Of a stretch of DNA of 64,000 nt, positions 63,343-64,000 are shown piece after piece. Source of the stretch: Syntrophorhabdaceae bacterium (lineage in GTDB: Bacteria; Desulfobacterota; Syntrophorhabdia; Syntrophorhabdales; Syntrophorhabdaceae). The stretch lies in NCBI GenBank assembly GCA_036504895.1, contig DASXUJ010000088.1, positions 85,296 to 149,295 of the forward strand. Direction: 5' to 3'. The notes below the pieces were generated by a model. That model was not told the origin of the DNA, did no database searches, and saw only the letters and a list, made by a program, of their open reading frames with translations. The translations under genes were made by a program, and so were the position numbers. Position 1 is the stretch's first letter. Each line of letters starts with the position of its first letter.

Positions 63343-64000
63343 TCATTGCTTCACCTCGAAGCTGGCATTCGGTATCTCGCCGAACATCTCCGGGGTGTAT
63401 AATGCTTCCATTCTTGTTGCCGGTACCAGGAAGGTGCCCTGGTTGTTGAGGCGCATGGTGTATTCCACGTACCATTTTCCTTTCGGCATATACTGGTAAT
63501 AGGCCTTGAATGCCTCGAAGGAGCGCTCTTCGTGGATCGGCCGGGTTGTGCCCTTTAGGGTCTCCCCTGAGGTGAGTATGGCCGAATCCCTTCCCAGGCC
63601 GCTGCCCAGGATGGTAGCACTCGCGGGGATGGGGTCCATGAGGGCGACCCATGTCATATCGGATTGGGCCTCCCCTTCGAGACGCACCCGCACCACGTCG
63701 CCCACGCTCCATTTGCCTTCCACCTTCCTGCTTACAGGAATCAGGCTCTTTTTGATCGTGTAGCCGCTTGAAAAGGGCTTCTTCCGCGGGACCGCCGCGA
63801 GGCTTTCTACGGTCGCCCATGGACTTCCGCTCCCGCTATGGGAGAGGGTGAGGCTTGCTTGCCCCCTTGGCCAGCCGAATAGAAGAGCGCCGCCAGACTT
63901 GTGGCCGGCCCAATCGAGCTCCTTCTTCTCTTTCCCCAGCCCGGCAACCGTGACGCCCGTGACGGAGGCCGCCTCGAAGGCCTTGCCGAATTTCTTGAGG
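63343..64000 (-). CDS. Alpha-2-macroglobulin-family protein, C-terminal part (gene continues past the right edge)
   Basis: The frame is open from 64000 down to the stop at 63343. The C-terminus ..WVALMDPIPASATILGSGLGRDS..ERSFEAFKAYYQYMPKGKWYVEYTMRLNNQGTF.. is typical of the bacterial A2M receptor-binding-like domain. It is the usual upstream partner of pbpC. Confidence 0.75.
   Translation of the reverse strand, partial: LKKFGKAFEAASVTGVTVAGLGKEKKELDWAGHKSGGALLFGWPRGQASLTLSHSGSGSPWATVESLAAVPRKKPFSSGYTIKKSLIPVSRKVEGKWSVGDVVRVRLEGEAQSDMTWVALMDPIPASATILGSGLGRDSAILTSGETLKGTTRPIHEERSFEAFKAYYQYMPKGKWYVEYTMRLNNQGTFLVPATRMEALYTPEMFGEIPNASFEVKQ

Overview
This is a 64-kb chromosomal segment from a GC-rich, apparently anaerobic bacterium. 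The anaerobic reading rests on a multihaem cytochrome c, Tat-exported redox enzymes and folate-dependent urocanate catabolism. The taxon cannot be determined here; Desulfobacterota or Syntrophorhabdus-like is only a guess. I count about 70 protein genes and one tRNA-Arg(TCG). I found no rRNA, CRISPR array, transposase or integrase. Blocks from left to right: (1) FIST protein, pentapeptide protein and Tpx. (2) A three-gene Mu-like remnant: S24/CI repressor divergent from Gam and Mor. (3) PAS/HD-GYP protein, DedA and UPF0182. (4) A nine-gene co-directional array hutU, formimidoyltransferase, hutI, cyclodeaminase, livHMGF and a binding protein. (5) A Tat DUF362 protein, a frameshifted proline iminopeptidase and a two-subunit aconitase X whose small subunit carries a Tat signal. 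(6) tRNA-Arg next to a cytochrome c / 4Fe-4S / TtrA-like molybdoenzyme operon; both large genes are frameshifted at homopolymers as assembled. (7) A metal(loid)/thiol-redox island: an ECF sigma operon, arsR-acr3-arsC followed by a small gene with two in-frame UGA codons (UxxU, candidate selenoprotein), and an ArsR2-Trx-DGC-Trx-CcdA-permease cassette. (8) A J-domain membrane protein, DUF1059, a 136-nt rod-shaped RNA candidate, ferritin and HicBA. (9) A split PEP-synthase-like (PpsAB-like) kinase operon. (10) prmA, proS, an M24 peptidase, secreted repeat proteins, DedA, DUF192 and pbpC with an alpha-2-macroglobulin gene. A roughly 105-bp modular GC-rich repeat occurs three times in intergenic DNA, and a separate 9-mer-bearing inverted repeat lies between convergent genes. 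All family calls come from reading the translations. No database search was run.
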